Shown here piece after piece: positions 29,831 through 44,480 of a stretch of 64,000 bases of DNA. Position 1 is the stretch's first letter. The number at the start of each line of letters is the position of its first letter. The stretch is from assembly GCA_964016885.1 (NCBI GenBank), contig OZ024740.1:159154001-159218000 (forward strand), given 5' to 3'. The notes beneath the pieces were generated by a model. The model saw nothing but the letters and a program-made list of their open reading frames with translations. It was not told where the DNA came from and did no database searches. A program made the translations under genes and the position numbers. This DNA is from Eledone cirrhosa. Lineage: Eukaryota.

Positions 29831-30592
29831 TAGAAGCAACGCATGAAAAACATAAAAAACAAAGTTTTTTTGGAGAAAATATATCACAGAAATGTAAAGT
29901 TTTTAACGTGTATTTTTACTTTCTGATATTGTCAGTTGTTGATGTTTATATATGTGTGTGTGTGTAATACTAATCCTGGAATCCCAAAATTGATGGCCTT
30001 GTGCCTATATAAGAAACCATTATTGACGGCACGTGTTCACTAGTAATATTAAGAAAACGAGCTCACCTACATTCAAGAGATTGTGAAACTAATGTAAATG
30101 CTGTAAAGATGGAAGTCATCATATGAACGCAATCAATGAGCCAAAAAAAAAAACAAGAAAACGCATACAGCAGCAATCATATTTCCCCTAAACTAGTCAC
30201 CAACTTATTTCATATCTCACTATCGATATCAATATTAATATCAATAATATTTAAATATTTTAATTTCATTTTTAATATAATATTTAAAATTCGTAATACC
30301 ACCATAATGACATTTCTTATCTTTCGAGTCTCGTAGTTAATATAATATAATTCTTGATTTAATATTTTAATAATACCATTATGATAACATTCCTCATCTT
30401 TTAAGTCTCATATTATAAAGTTACCATACAGATAATAATACTTATGGCTATTATTAATGGGAAAATGGACAAATTTCAGAAATGTTGAAAATAGGAAACT
30501 GAAACCCACTAACGACAGTAAACTGACATTTTTTTAGTTCATCAGCATTGTATTTCTTTCTCTTTGTTTTCTTATTTTTTCTTTATTTCCAC

Positions 30593-31449
30593 GTTTGGCA
30601 GAATCGGCAGAGCGCCGAATACAATGCTTAGTAGCATAGAGTTACGACCCTTTACGTTCTTATTTCAAATCCCACCGAGGTTAGCTTTGCCTTCCACCCT
30701 TACGGGGTCGATAAAATAAAGCATCAGTAATGCACTGGGGTCGATTTAATCAACTTTCTCCTCTCTCCAAATTGCTGGCCTTGTGCCTATAGTAGAAACA
30801 ATTATTTGAATATCGATAGGAGTGTGAATAAGAAGTATCGGTAGAGCGTCGGACACCATGCATCACAGCGTAGAGTTACGGCCCTTTACGTTCTGAGTGC
30901 AAATCGCGCCGAGATTAGCTTTGCTTTTCATCTATACAAGGTAGATAAAATAAAGTATCAGTCACGCACTGGGGTATATTGAATCGCCTTCCCCTCCCCC
31001 AATTGCTGGCCACGTGTCTTAGTAAAAATCATTATTTGAATATTGAGGGCGGTGGATTGGCAGTATCGGTAGAGGGTCGGACGCCATGCTTTCCAGCATA
31101 GTTACGTCCCTTTGCGGTCTGAGTTCAAATCCCGCCGAGGTTAACTTTGCCTTTCATCCTTACGGGGTCGATGAAATAAAGTACTAGTAATGTACTGGGT
31201 AATTGAGGGCCTTGTGCCAAAAGTAGAAACAATTATTTGAATATCGAGGGCGGTGGATTGGCAGTATCGGTAGAGGGTCGGACGCCATGCTTTGCAGCAC
31301 AGTTACGTCCCTTTACGGACTGAGTTCAAATCCCACCGAGGTTAACTTTGCTTTCATCCTTACGGGGTCGATAAAATAAAGTACCAGTAATACACTGGGA
31401 TAAATGCTGGCCTTGTGCCAAAAAGTAGACACAATTATTTGAATATCGA
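30593..31449 (+). mobile_element. Head-to-tail array of four tRNA-derived SINEs
   Basis: Copies at ~30593, 30832, 31046 and 31247, each followed by ATTTGAATAT(C/T)GA. Confidence 0.9.
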
Positions 31450-31529
31450 TACTTAGATACTTCTGATAAGAATGCCTCATAATTTAATAAAAGAACCACG
31501 TCTCTCTATATATATATACATATATATAT

Positions 31530-32701
<1,172 letters not shown>

Positions 32702-32749
32702 TATATATGCATATATATATATGTATATGTATATGAATGTATATTTATG

Positions 32750-32790
<41 letters not shown>

Positions 32791-33101
32791 GTATATATAT
32801 ACACACATATATATATATACACACATATATATATATTTTCATGAAAAATGGCGTAGACATACAATACACAGGAGGAAACATAATAGTACCACAGATGTGC
32901 AACGAAAGCACTTTGTTAGACTATATATATGTATATATATCTGTATTTTTGACCATTGGTCAGTCAATGATAAACATTGAGGACCAGATAAATTAACTAT
33001 GGAGATATAAAAGATACAGAAGCGAAAACCAACCAAACAGTGAGTGTGTTCTGTTATTTTTCTGGCAAAATTATTACAACAATATGACCATCCCCAAGTA
33101 T

Positions 33102-33157
<56 letters not shown>

Positions 33158-33258
33158 GTAGAACACTGGAAGGTACTATCTGTAGTGTTAGAGCACTCAG
33201 TTCATAGGACAGTTAGTTCACCATACCGAGAACAATTGTTTCACCTTAGCGGACTGGT

Positions 33259-33298
33259 CCGAGCTGAAGATCCGCTAAGGTGAAACAATTGTTCTCGG
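33259..33298 (+). ncRNA. Minimal type I hammerhead ribozyme within a fold-back
   Basis: CCGAG-CTGAAGA-T-CC-gctaa-GG-T-GAAA-CAATTG-TT-CTCGG; inverted partial copy at 33214-33253. Confidence 0.8.
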
Positions 33299-33327
33299 TA
33301 TGGTGAACTATCTGTTCTGTTTCTACT

Positions 33328-33592
<265 letters not shown>

Positions 33593-33960
33593 ATAATCTA
33601 TTAATATTCATGGGATTAGTAAGTTCATCAGCTCACGATTACCAGATGAATAAATAAATGTAATAGATTCGACCAGTGTTTATAAAGTGCTTCTCACTCC
33701 TATCGTGAAATGTACTTTTAATCTTATATAAGAAGCCATTTGTCTGTTCAGGTCTGTAAATTCCATTTAGTGCTGAATTCACATAACCATTATTAGTATT
33801 CTGGTCACATCATTTATTTTTGTCCTTTATATATAATTTCAAGTCATTTTCTTGCATTTTATTGCATTTTCTTGTTCTGCCTGATTACCCAAATTATAGG
33901 TTGCCTTTCATATTTTTAGAGGTGATAACATTATTCAACAGCATTCCATAGACCATAACT

Positions 33961-34010
<50 letters not shown>

Positions 34011-34219
34011 TTCATCTACGCAAAGATTATATATATATATAATCTTTGCATAGATGAATACTTTTATACGTTTATATACGCGTACAATTAAGTATACATA
34101 AAATTACAGTTCATCAATGGAACGGTGAAAATATTAAAAACCTCCCAGAAGTTAAGCCTGTAATACATACGTGTGCACATTCAATCATGTATATACATCT
34201 ATATATCCCTCATGTGTGA

Positions 34220-34275
<56 letters not shown>

Positions 34276-34414
34276 GTATGTGTTGTGTCAAACCATACAG
34301 ATCCAAACATGCGCACAAACACATATGGGTGTTCGATCGACTTTCGTCAAATCAGACCAAGGAAACAATGTTACCGTTGGTCTTTCCAATTGCTAATACT
34401 ATCATTCTTCTTCT

Positions 34415-36598
34415 CATGGAACTTTTAAAAATCAAATCAAAACATAAATCTATATACACTAGTTTTTTCTTTACATGACTAAATTAGGTCGGCGTTAGTT
34501 TGGGAAAAGGACGAATTTATCTTCAAACCAAAGAGCTGATCTCGGTGCTTGGAAAATAGTTTCCATTCTATTTACTTAGAAGTCTTTCCAGCAATCAAAT
34601 AGTCAAATAAATAGTCAAATAACATGTATATTTTTATTACATGCCCCATGGCAAAGCAGGATATCCAGATCAGTTATCGCTATTAAGCGAAAATTCAGTT
34701 CATATTTTATAATTGAATCAAGACATGTACCAATTATAGAAAAAAAGGAAGGCAAGATCCCATCAATCAGTTACAGGAAGAGGATAAATAGCTACTGGCA
34801 TGAATAATACCCCCCAACTGCTTGCTTTTTTCTACAAAGTAATTACACTAGCAAGACTGTCTAATGTTATATATTTTCTTATGAGTTTTAGCGTTACCAT
34901 AAAAAAATCCTTTAACTGAAGTATGGCTAGCGTTTCTCTACTCTCGTCAAAAATGGCCTGTTATATAAATATAGCTTCCAGAAAATGGAAACATTTAGTA
35001 TGTTCATTGCACTAAAGCATTCACCAACACTGTGCAAAGGTGTCTTCTCTATTTCAGCATCTGGTCATAAGCGAGTATAGATGGACTGTAACGGCAATGG
35101 AATCCACCACTCTTACTCGGTTGCCTAAGTTACTGTGACATGACCACGGCAGGACTTAATGTATCATTACTTTACATAGACATTGTATGTAGATTAATAT
35201 ACGCCTGTATTAAATAACTTATATTCAATTTACATTATGATCACATTACTTGCTAAGCAAGTATAACTCCGAAATTTATATTTAAATGTAGGAAATTTTT
35301 GTAAAATGTAAACCAAGTAAATATTGTTATATAAATAAAGTTTATACGATTCATTTCAGTTATTAATTTTTCCTCTCTTTGGTGATGTCACAAATATTAG
35401 TTGCAAATATTTAAAATTTCATTAAATTTCCATATTTTCTTTTTTCGTCACAAATTAATAACAAATATATTTTTCTGTTCTCTCAGCGAAATATTTCCGA
35501 AACATATTTAAAAGAAAAAAAGAATTATATTTCTGTTGATCAAGTCTTATTTAAAAGAAACTAATATTCTTATTTAAAAGAAACTAATTAAAATGATTAA
35601 ATATGATCTTTTATTATTAAAAGTTTAAATGAGTTCTAGCTGGGAATGGTTTTGATGTTGCGTAGCACCAAGTCACATCAAAAGATTTCCAACCGTGAAC
35701 ACCTATTTGCCCCTATATTCAGGAATTCCAGGACTATATTATCTAACGTGCTATGTTATAAGACGGTATGGTGGAATTTAGGAAGATTTAGCTGTTATTT
35801 CTAGCAGGTGACCATTGAGAAATTAGGTTGAAGCATGCATTATATGTAATGATTTTACGTCAACATCTGGGATTGGCAACTGGCCAAGTGAGTAAGAAAA
35901 TCGATTAGCAATGGCAGCAGCATGAATGAAGTTTCGTATTACAACATAAGCAGTGCGCTATGGCCGTGAACGAGTCATTTATTTCACGTCAGCTCAGTCT
36001 AATTAGCACAACCCAGGTACAATGGAGATGAGCAGTTATCTAAAATAAACAAGTCACTAGTTGAAGTACCGCATGACTAAAATATTTAGTTGCTTTAAAA
36101 CTGTTCAAAACTTATAAGTTGGGAAACAGACATAGCTTGCTAGTGTAATTATTGTAGAGAAAAGTGAGCAGTTAGGGGTGTTATTCATCCCAGTAGCTAT
36201 TTATTCTCTTTATGTAACTGATTGATGAGTTCCTGCCCACTATTTTTTCTGTAATTGGTACATGTCTTGATTCAATTATAAAAAATCAACTGGAGTTTTG
36301 CTTGATAGCGATAGCTGATCTGGATATCCTGCTTTGCCATGGGGGCATGTAATAAAAATCTACATGTTATTTACCAGTTTTATTTGCCTATTTGATTGCT
36401 GGAACAATTGTCTCTAGAAAGACTCCTAAGTAAATTGAATGGAATGTACTATTTTCCAAGCACCGCGATCAGCTCTTTAGTTTTCGGATAACTTCATCCT
36501 TTTCCTCCAACTAATGTCGGTATTCTTCACACTTAGTCATGTAAAGGAAAGAAGAATATATAGAATAATGTTTTGATTTTGTTTTTAAAACATTCCAC
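34415..36598. repeat. Diverged ~450-bp inverted repeat (34415-34858 and 36135-36598), possibly an old APE-LINE fragment
   Basis: The arms align by eye; weak APE-like traces (VFLETIV, SAIAIKQN, LVMRYFN); 34862-34992 is also repeated at 37410-37540. Confidence 0.5.
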
Positions 36599-38109
36599 GA
36601 AATACGAAATGCCGGTTTTAAGCCCAGGATCATGACTATTTCATTGGAATATAGACATCAACCATGTAATCTCATTATACATAAATATATCTGCATATGG
36701 GCTTATGCGTGCGTGTTTCAGGTGAAGTTCATGATGGTGCTTGACAGTTCTAGTGCCCAAAGCACGTATCATTTGCGGTAATACCACTAATATTTGGGGC
36801 TGCCTCAATATATTTTAGAAGGAAACACTTGTTGTATTGTGCAAAAGAGGGTGTATACATGAAATGATCTTAACGTGCTTAATCGAGTTGAACCAAATTA
36901 AACTGACCTGAGCCGAAGTAATCCGAGGTGAACCAGCTAAACTGGGTTCAACTAAGCTGAGCTGAGCAGAAGCGAATAGCAGTGAAGCTGAGCTGGTTTG
37001 AACCGATCACACCCATACATTTCATTTCCATTTTCTAATAACCTGGAGTGTCTGTACTGTGAACTTATTATTATTTAAACCTTCTGCCACCATGTTTCTA
37101 ATAAAAGACACTGTCTGTGATTTTAAAAATAATAATGTTGAAAGATTTAGTAAAATATCTAAAATTCTTATATTATTAATCTGATGTAAAACTTAATAGT
37201 CTTGCATAAAATTATGATAGGTTTTTAAATAAATAGTAACAGCTTTCTATAGTAGAACGAGAGGGATTTCGAAGCGGTTTGGTATCAAAAGGTTAACGTT
37301 CGATTCTGTGAGGCAGGTCGTTGTTATTTTCTTCATGTACACACATATGTCCTTTGTGATCTTTCAGAGAGACAGCAGCTGTATGAATGTAGGTATTGAT
37401 TGTTTAATGCGTGTTATCATATATTTCCTATGAGTCTTAGCGTTATCATAAAAAAATCCTTTAACAGAAGCATGGCTAGCGTTTTCCTACTCTCGTAAAA
37501 AATGGCCTGTTATATAAACATAGATTACAGAAAATGGAAAAAATATTTTCAAAATTTGCTTCCCTCTTTCCTCTCACTCTACATGTGCATGCATATTATA
37601 TATGTATGTGCTCTAATTCCTGCTATTAATTTTATATCTCACTCTTTTAAGTTTTGAAATAGACTGGTTTTACGCACGCGGCTGCCGCATTCCAGCTCGC
37701 TACAATAAATCGTTCTATAATAGATAATGGCATTTAATGTCCGTTAAAGGTTCTTGGCACTACCATTGTTTCTATCGCTTTCCTCTAGCCATGGGACTTG
37801 GAGACATGAGCCCAATGCTACCTTTCTATTATACATCGATGTGGCACTGATTTCTAATAACCATCTTTTCACCTCTTATTAATTTGTGTGTGAGACACGT
37901 TGGCTGAGACTTTTGACGGGAACGAAAATATTTGTTTTCTATTCTCCCGCCACCACGTAAAGTTTGTAAATCGGTGGGTAGTCGAGGGACAGAGTTGTAT
38001 AGGATTCTAGTTGCTAATCGCTTTACCGTGTCGGCTGTTACAAACTGTCATGGCCGGCATGGGATGGGGTTTAGATTTTGTCGATCGATTGGTTATAGAT
38101 TTGGCGATA

Positions 38110-38172
38110 CCCGCTGATGAAGCCACATACGCCTTACTGCTGCATTAAGTGTGGCCGAAATTCGAGTCCGGG
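38110..38172 (+). ncRNA. Type I hammerhead ribozyme
   Basis: CCCG-CTGATGA-A-GCCACAT...GTGTGGC-C-GAAA-TTCGAG-TC-CGGG. Confidence 0.82.
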
Positions 38173-38319
38173 AACTATTATAGGCACCCGTTTTACGTGT
38201 GTTGTATTGAAGCGAATAACTATGTGTATACTCTGGAAATGTATCTTACATTGCCTATTGAGAACGCTGAGATACAACCGTTCCTGGTATTGATAAATAT
38301 GCTGGGTCCGTCAACTCCT

Positions 38320-38484
<165 letters not shown>

Positions 38485-38619
38485 ACGAAGGAAGTGTGGT
38501 AAGGAACTAGGTGTACCATAACCAGAGTACTCGATATTTGGGTTTTGTAGTAGAGTGGGTAATAGGAAAAGAGTCAGACTCCCGTCAAAACGGCCGGAGG
38601 GGTCCTGACTCTTTATATA

Positions 38620-38663
<44 letters not shown>

Positions 38664-38729
38664 CATATATATATATATACACACATATAGATATATATAT
38701 ATATACGTACATACATATAAAGGTTATAT

Positions 38730-38912
38730 ATAATTGTTTCTACTTTTGGCACAAGGCCAGCAATTACCCAGTACATTACTGGTACTTTATTTTGTCGACC
38801 CCGTAAGGATAAAAGGCAAAGTTAACCTCGGCGGGATTTGAACTCAGAATGGCAAGAGCCGTAACTCTATGCATCAAAGCATGGCGTCCAACCCTCTACC
38901 GATACTGCCAAT
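38730..38912 (-). mobile_element. tRNA-derived SINE
   Basis: Reverse complement of the SINE consensus seen at 31046-31233. Confidence 0.88.
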
Positions 38913-38945
38913 TCAATATATAATGATAGATTATAACTGCTAAAC

Positions 38946-39301
38946 AAATGTTGGTGTGGAACAGTGGTGCAATAACGATGGTTTTACATATGACGGAAGT
39001 TAATAATCATGGTGCTATAATGATACGTAACACCGGCTAGAAAAGTGATTTATAGTCACAATACGGTGTAAATTAACAAGCACACATCACAAGCATTTCA
39101 CTTGGTGAGCAGCGTAGATTAAATGAAAGTCTACGGTGTTCACCAAGTGAAATTCTTGTGATGCATGCTGGTTAATTTACACCGTATTGTGTCTATAAAT
39201 CACTTTTCTAGCCGGTGTTACGTATCACTATAGAACCATGATTATTAACTTCCGTCATATGTAAAACCATCGTTATTGCACCACTGTTCTACACCAACAT
39301 T
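38946..39301. repeat. Imperfect ~355-bp palindrome
   Basis: Arms of ~170 bp around a ~10-nt loop. Confidence 0.85.
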
Positions 39302-39392
39302 CCACCACTTTGAAATACCAATGGTGTCGCTTTGACGATTCAAAGAAGAAAGACGGCCCCTTAAATGTATCTCCCGTGCTGTTTCCAACTTC

Positions 39393-39484
<92 letters not shown>

Positions 39485-39671
39485 ATTTAGAAGTTTACAT
39501 ACACATACACTATATATAAATATATATGAAAATAAGGAGAAAAAGCCGATTATTAGGAAGAGAAAACTTTTTTCTCTTTTTTCTGGATTAGAAAATGTTT
39601 AAAACAAAATACTTCACTTTGTGTGAAGTGTTAAGGTATTAGTTAATTTATTAATTAATTAACAATGGCAT

Positions 39672-39708
<37 letters not shown>

Positions 39709-39769
39709 ACTTCACACAAAGTAAAATATTTTGTTTTAAACATTTTCTAACCCGTCTTTTTCTCCCTAT

Positions 39770-39808
<39 letters not shown>

Positions 39809-39890
39809 GGAGGTGAGTTTATTGTAGTACAATAAAGCAATGTAGATATCGGATAAGAAGCACTCTACAGTTTGTGGGACTGGAGTATGC

Positions 39891-40242
39891 ATAATATAAG
39901 ATCAAAAGATGGTTAAAGGAGTTCCATATATTTTATTATGCGCATTTCAAAAACAAACATCATCAAGCAATAATATTTGTGTTTTCATCAGATAAAACAG
40001 GAGAACATGATATGAAGGCTAAAAAAACACTTGTTGATAGTGCAGTTTTAATATGTTGATTTAAAATAGTGCAGTTTTGATATGTTGATTTAAAACTGCA
40101 CTATCAACAAGTGTTTTTTTAGCCTTCATATCATGTTCTCCTGTTTTATCTGATGAAAACACAAATATTATTGCTTGATGATGTTTGTTTTTGAAATGCG
40201 CATAATAAAATATATGGAACTCCTTTAACCATCTTTTGATCT

Positions 40243-40250
<8 letters not shown>
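39891..40250. repeat. Near-perfect palindrome carrying two opposed hammerhead ribozymes
   Basis: Arms at 39891-40051 and 40090-40250, with a 30-bp tandem duplication in the spacer. Confidence 0.9.
40142..40212 (+). ncRNA. Type I hammerhead ribozyme (inverted copy at 39929-39999)
   Basis: TGTTTTAT-CTGATGA-AAAcACAAATATTAT...ATGATGTTTGTTTTT-GAAA-TGCGCA-TA-ATAAAATA. Confidence 0.85.
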
Positions 40251-40288
<38 letters not shown>

Positions 40289-40571
40289 GAAAGGTATAGA
40301 ACGTATTGTAGCAAGAAGCCAACAGTATTCCATAATATATATATATATATATTTCAACTCGTGTGCTCCTTCTCCACATTTTATAATTATATATATATAT
40401 ATATATATAAAGAATTAATATATCTAGTTAATATATACACAGATGCATACTTATGCTAGCAAATATATAGGTTTTGTCTTAGTAACTTTGTGGTTCAATG
40501 CATGGGGATGCAGAACAATAATATGAGAGACGTAAAATAAGAAAATTATAAAATTAACTTACTAAAATTTC

Positions 40572-40653
40572 ACTCCAACTAATTAGTTTCTGAAAGGGAA
40601 TAAACATAGTTGCCGAAGAAACGTACGGAGAAGCCTTTCGTCATCAGGGAAGT
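40572..40653 (-). ncRNA. Type I hammerhead ribozyme with extended stem II
   Basis: TTCC-CTGATGA-C-GAAAGG...CCTTTC-A-GAAA-CTAATTAG-TT-GGAG. Confidence 0.75.
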
Positions 40654-41049
40654 CTATTCTCAGCTAAGTTTCCAGGCAATACGTGGACACAGGGAACTTA
40701 TACAAAAATAATTCAGTGGATGGAAAAAAGCAAAGCGTGGACTAAATTCCAAGCCATTGAAAAAATCACTGCCTACTGCGTCGGTGGCAAATTCAAAAGA
40801 ATCAGTCACGTGACATCGAGGTCAATCAGTGAAGAGTGGTTTGTTAAGAAGACAGCAGCCGGACCGTTACTATAGTAGCAGTTTTGGCCAATTTTTGCTC
40901 GACAAAATAATTTGGAGATAATTGTTTATAATTATCTCCAAATCATTTAAATAAATGAACTCATTTTAACATATTTTCTTCTAAATCATTACATGATGAT
41001 AACATTTAAATACTATGGTTGAAGTTATTACATTTTTGGTTTCTGATTT

Positions 41050-42050
41050 AGGCATTTTTTGAGGGAGGGGAAAATCAATTAAACCGACCCATGTATATGA
41101 CTGGCACTTTATTTTATCGACCCCTTAAGGATGAAAGGCAAAGTTAACCTCGGCAAGATTTCAACTCAGAACTTAAAGGGACGTAATTATGCCGCGAAGT
41201 ATAGTGTCCGTTGTTCTACATAAGGGAAGAGAATCATTTTAACTATTTTAAAACACCCCAAAAATGTTGATATTCATTTTTCATTTTTTTCGCGGTGTCA
41301 AAGTTCACGTCTTCCAGCAAATCTAAAAAGGGAATATAACTTTTTATGTGTTCTAAAATGGCTACAATAACTCCTCCGTAATTGTTTCAGTTTCCGTAGG
41401 GTTTCAAATCAAGTCAACTATGACTGATATTATCGATAAATCTCCACCAACCCCCATCAGATTAATTGTCTTGGGCCTACACTGAAACAATTATTATTGT
41501 TATTTAATGGAGTGGCAGTACCGCTAGAGCATCGGACATGTTTGGCACCATATAGTTACGTCTCTTTACTTTCTGATTTCAAATCCCGCCGGGGTTATCT
41601 TTGCTTTTCATCCTTACGGGATCAATAAAATAAAGTAACAGTAACGTACTGGGGTCGATTGAATCGACTTAACCCTGCCTCCAAAATTGTTGGCCTTGTG
41701 CCTAAATCAAAAACCTTTATTGTTACTCAATAATCTAAAAAATAGCAATCATCTCCCTTATGCCATAGGGTGATGTCTTTTTTTGATAGGGTGACGTTTC
41801 CTTTCATATTCGGGCTTCGATTCCTGCTGTACCACATTCCTCTCCAGAACTAAACACGGCCGCTTTCTTCCGCAGAGAAAGAGAGAGAGAGAGATAGAGA
41901 GAGAGCGACGGGATGGGGGATAAATGACACGAATACCAGACTGGTATTTCGTTTACCGAACCCAAAAGGATGTAGAGCAAAGCTGACCTCGGTGGAGTTT
42001 GAATTTAGAACACTGAGAGCCGAAACGAATACCAGCCAACTCGTCACTAC
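41050..42050. mobile_element. Three SINE copies: 41050-41220 (-), 41508-41720 (+) and 41905-42050 (-, old)
   Basis: B-box and central CCTTTCATCC...GGGGTCGATAAAAT motif. Confidence 0.75.
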
Positions 42051-42464
42051 GACTTTACTCTATGCCTTTACCTTATCTCTGCGCTTATCCTTATATCTGA
42101 TACCTCATACTCTCTTTCTCTCTGACTAGTTATATATTTATTTCTGTTTATTCAAATGCGTGTTAGAGGGGGTCAGCGGAAAGCAAATAGACATGAGTAT
42201 GCATAAAATATTTCAAACCTCAAACGTCCGTTGTAATTTCATACGGGGAAGCAAGAAATACACTACGGTTGTTGACCTTCAATAGAGACTTGTCTGTGAA
42301 TATATTTTAACTCATAAACAATGGCTTTTTGCTGATACGTCCTACGTGCATCTATTATCTTAGTAAGCCATTGTGTATAGCTCCACAGATCCCGCATGCA
42401 AACACCTACACTCACACAAATATTCGAATCTCTCTTTCTCTCTCACTCACTCACTCTCTCACCC

Positions 42465-42513
<49 letters not shown>

Positions 42514-42789
42514 GAGAGGGAGATAGAGAGAGATAGAGAAAAGAGAATATCTGTGTGTGTGTATGTATATGTATGTACATGCATGTATGTGTGTATGTAT
42601 ATGCATGTACGTGTGTATGTATATGGATGCATACACACACACATATGGATATGCATACAGATATTTATAAAGATGTACATGCAGGACACACAAACATACA
42701 CAGTTACACTATATATTTGACAACAAATGACATTTTTCTCCCTCAACAAAGAAAAGAGACACTATCATCGTTCATAACAAAGAAATAAT

Positions 42790-44480
42790 CTTTTACCTGA
42801 CCGTCTCAAATATGGGAGGCACAGCTGGACACAATGAGTCAGGACAGAATAAGATCATAACCACGCTCAGCCCGGACGAAGTCTTGGTAGTTATCTTCCG
42901 CTAACTTAAACTTCAATCAGCTACGGAGAGTCATCATCAGGATACACAGAGCTGCCCGCACATTAGTGGCCAAAGCCCTAGTATTTTCCATCGACCAGGC
43001 ACTCGATACCAACAGCCCGCAAGAACGGAACAAACTCTTCAGTTTGCGTCATTCATACTTCGGATCCCGATGACGGGCGTAGGTTCGGTCTCCCCCTTGA
43101 CCTCGAAGCTCAGAGGCAACATCGCTTCCTTCGACAACCCTAGTCAGCTTCTCGCTTCTCCCTCGCTGCTCACCAAAACCAACATCGTGCACGAAATTCC
43201 CTTCAAACTGTACGAAATGGCTCTGTGATCGATTCACACAAAAATTAATCGAAGGCGGTGGTTCAGTTGCGTTGCATGTGCTGGTCTTGATGTCCTGGCC
43301 GCTCTCCATCTCAAGCACCCGGCCTCACCAGCCGATACCAAGGTCTTTCCAGGAAGCAGCAGCGGCAGAGTGGATGGCCTGTGATCCGTCCAGCTAATTT
43401 CGCCACCGAGGTGGTAGCACAGCAGCTCCAATTCATTGCCGTTCTTACCAATAGGCTTCTAGTTGAATTAGATGCCACCATCCGACGCTGTGCCGAGCTC
43501 GTCTGCAATATCTGCTTTGACAGAGTCGGTTGGCAACAGGTGAAACACCCTGCGAGATTCCGTGGCCTCGGCCTCCGTTCCATTCTTGAATTGCTACTGC
43601 TGGCCTATCAATATCTTCCAGCCGCACCCTCATCAACGAGATACTCCCCAAGTCAATATAGCCTAACGTAGTCTGGAAACTGGAGGCAGCCCTGATTGAT
43701 TGTACCGATGCAGGCCTTGCTGTTACCCTTATACCGATATACAACGTAATTGAGATGAAGTCGAGTGCATGTGCACCTTCAAGTGGACCGGGTCTACCTC
43801 TCAGAAACACCGCCTGCCTAGCCTCAACCTCACAACCAATGCTTGGTGCTTGAGTCAGTTCGGTACTTTCCTCATCAACCCTTCTTGATGTGGAGTGTAC
43901 ATGCATTGCAGTGGCACAGCACCTAGGCCGCTGCGTGTGTGAGCCCACATAGATGCCATTGCGGAGCAGTGGTCGAGGAGTTCGGTCTGCACCTATTATC
44001 GTGCCATCTTAGTGCATGCCGGCTTCTCCGTCCCACCGCACTGAATGACATCATCAGAAGGAACCTCGACGCAGCCAGTTTCCTGTTCGAATTTGAGCCC
44101 GCTGTCCTTGACTGTTGCCATGGCAAGCACCCGACGGATTAATTCTAATCTGAGACGCGACGTGCAGCAACTTGTTTTCCGGCTTCAAACTTAACTCTTC
44201 GGGCACAAACCTTGGCTCCGCTGCGTGAAATGTGGGAACGAAGGAGATAGTCATATACCGGACCCTGACCGACCGCATCCTCTTTGTATCGGTCTCTGTC
44301 TGGGTCTCTGGACTTCTTGTTTCCCGCACTGCTTATTTCCTCCGCAAAGACGGTGCCCAATTTGAGGAGAAAGAGCACCGTTATGTGGGGTGGCTACTGC
44401 AGCGGGTGTCTCCACGATAACCTTTTTGTCATTTTGTCCACGGGGCGCGGCCGAGGCACTTCTCTGACTGAGCTGCAGTG
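42790..44480 (+). mobile_element. Decayed CRE-type RLE non-LTR retrotransposon with a large internal deletion
   Basis: WQQVKHPARFRGLGLRS (thumb motif); HRCHCGAVVEEFGLHLLSC (CCHC); RPTALNDIIRR (RH..LND); GKHPTD (PD motif). Confidence 0.7.

Noticed and set aside
30463-30549. Additional HHR candidate on the minus strand (similar weak ones at ~6665, 9190, 34330 and 39330)
   Set aside because: Core or stems are incomplete; they may be decayed ribozymes but cannot be supported.
30593-31449. tRNA gene cluster or CRISPR-like array
   Set aside because: The units are SINEs with interrupted tRNA heads and non-tRNA bodies, and there are no unique spacers.
36885-37005. GAGCT/GAACC pentamer tract resembling an Ig switch region
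   Set aside because: It is a short degenerate simple repeat with no relevant gene context.
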